Part shown: positions 62,587-64,000 of the stretch, in pieces | Numbering within the stretch: position 1 is the stretch's first letter | How the letters are laid out: the number at the start of each line of letters is the position of its first letter | DNA from: Malacoraja senta | Lineage: Eukaryota | Direction: 5' to 3' | DNA: 64,000 bases | Assembly: GCA_038087875.1 (NCBI GenBank) | Contig: CM075997.1 | Span: forward strand, 5,272,001 to 5,336,000 | Translations under genes and position numbers: made by a program | The notes under the pieces: generated by a model | Told to the model about the DNA's origin: nothing | Seen by the model: the letters and a program-made list of their open reading frames with translations, nothing else | Database searches by the model: none

Positions 62587-63954
62587 TTTGTTGCATACAG
62601 TTCAGTAAAGTATTGCCATACCTAAACACAAGCCTTGATTAACCAAGTGTGCAGAAATAGTCCACTGAAACCAAATGGAAGAGGCGCTATGTTTTGGAGC
62701 CATTTCCGAAGTCCAGTCCGCTTTGGACTCTAGGTCTAGGTCTTATCTACTCCAGGTCTTATGGGTGGTCCAAGCTGCGTGTTTTTATGCCGTCCTTTGG
62801 AGTTCAGTAGTGAAGTTAAAGCAAGGACGAAAGCCAGAATCTACAGATAAACCATCTAGCTCTTTCCCTCTGTGGGAGCTTCTTAGAGTAACGACACCCA
62901 AACTCCTTGAAGCTCTGCCCCTTCAAGTTTGCATGAGGCCTATTGTGCATTTAGAGAGTGTCAAGATTCACGGGTGTTTTATTGTCACATGTCCCAGATA
63001 GAACAATGACATTCTTACTGGCAGCAGCACAACACAATATTTAAACATAGTACACTGTAAACAGTATAATAAACGAGAAAAAAAAGTTCAGTGTGTGTGT
63101 ATATATACACATTTATATAGATCATATATATATATATAAATATATATACACACCCTCACATAAACTGAACTGCAGATGCTGGTTTAAATCGAAGATAGAC
63201 AAAAGATGCTGGAGTAACTCAGTGGGACAAGCAGGTTCTCTGGAGAGAAGGTATGGGTGATGTTTTAGGTCGAGACCATTCTTCAGACTTTTTTTCACGC
63301 TGGCTATTGTAAATAAAAAGGTCTAGAGAGGGTAGAGGGCTGTCCGGGGGAGTCCAAGAGGAGGGGGACCTATGGAGATGGTAGATGGGGTCATCACTGG
63401 GTGGTGAGGACTCCTTCCCAAAGAACGAGGCGCGGAGGCAGAGCCGACGGAAGGAACGTTCTACGTCGTGGCGGACCTGGAACCCGTTGAGGTGGGGGCG
63501 GAGGGGAACGAAAGTGAGGCCTCACGCACACACATGTACGCACAAAACAATGAACGATAACAGTGCAATAATAACAGTAATAGTCCATGTCGTTCAGATC
63601 CTATTTCAGGCATTGAAAGTGCAGTGAAAGATCAGGGTGAATGATAACAGGATCAGCAGGGGGTAGAACAACTCCGCTACTGTCCACATCTCACAACTAT
63701 TCCAATAGGTTTACAAATACAATGCATGGTTGGATGAGGATCCGTGTTGAAATGTTTCTATTCCACAAGTCCTTCATATCTATAAGGGTGCTCACATGCC
63801 TAAGAATCGAAGCCCTGTTCGGTAAGGGGAGATCCCATGCCAGTATTAAGATGGTGTCCACCATCTCGAAGGAGTTCAGCGACAACTAGCTGGTGAACAG
63901 GTTCTCCCTTCAAGCCAGCAGGTCATAAGGTCATAGATAATCGGAGCAGAGTTA

Positions 63955-64000
63955 AGGGCCTGTCTGACTTTCACGACCTAATTCACAACCTCTGCCGAGT
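63955..64000. mobile_element. Left end of another Harbinger-type MITE (runs off the window)
   Basis: tta|agggcctgtc...gacctaatt, resembling the left TIR at 36254. Confidence 0.6.

Overview
Repeat-dominated vertebrate DNA, most likely from a skate or ray (inferred from HE1/V-SINE plus HER1/CR1 content), with one 200-N assembly gap and no confidently identifiable host gene; a few phase-compatible minus-strand exon candidates are weak. It holds many decayed CR1 and Rex1/Babar LINE pieces, about 30 tRNA-derived V-SINEs, Penelope-like GIY-YIG fragments, an L1 3' end, a Vingi fragment, five PIF/Harbinger-type MITEs and a head-to-tail Helitron array. It also holds a structurally complete but decayed DIRS tyrosine-recombinase retrotransposon (18300-22891) and a 1.5-2.6 kb tandem duplication with copy-specific insertions. 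The most interesting signal is RNA structure: three retroelement families appear to carry self-cleaving ribozymes. (1) A non-circularly permuted hammerhead lies in the 260-bp direct repeats of an internally deleted Hero-like element (38411-39482). (2) A 54-nt minimal HDV-like ribozyme forms the exact 5' end of a ~140-bp (GAA)n-tailed retroposon (4 copies, TSDs, and an empty site in the window). (3) Known-type minimal hammerheads occur in the Penelope repeats. All folds were read by eye; no activity is demonstrated, and most repeat boundaries are approximate.
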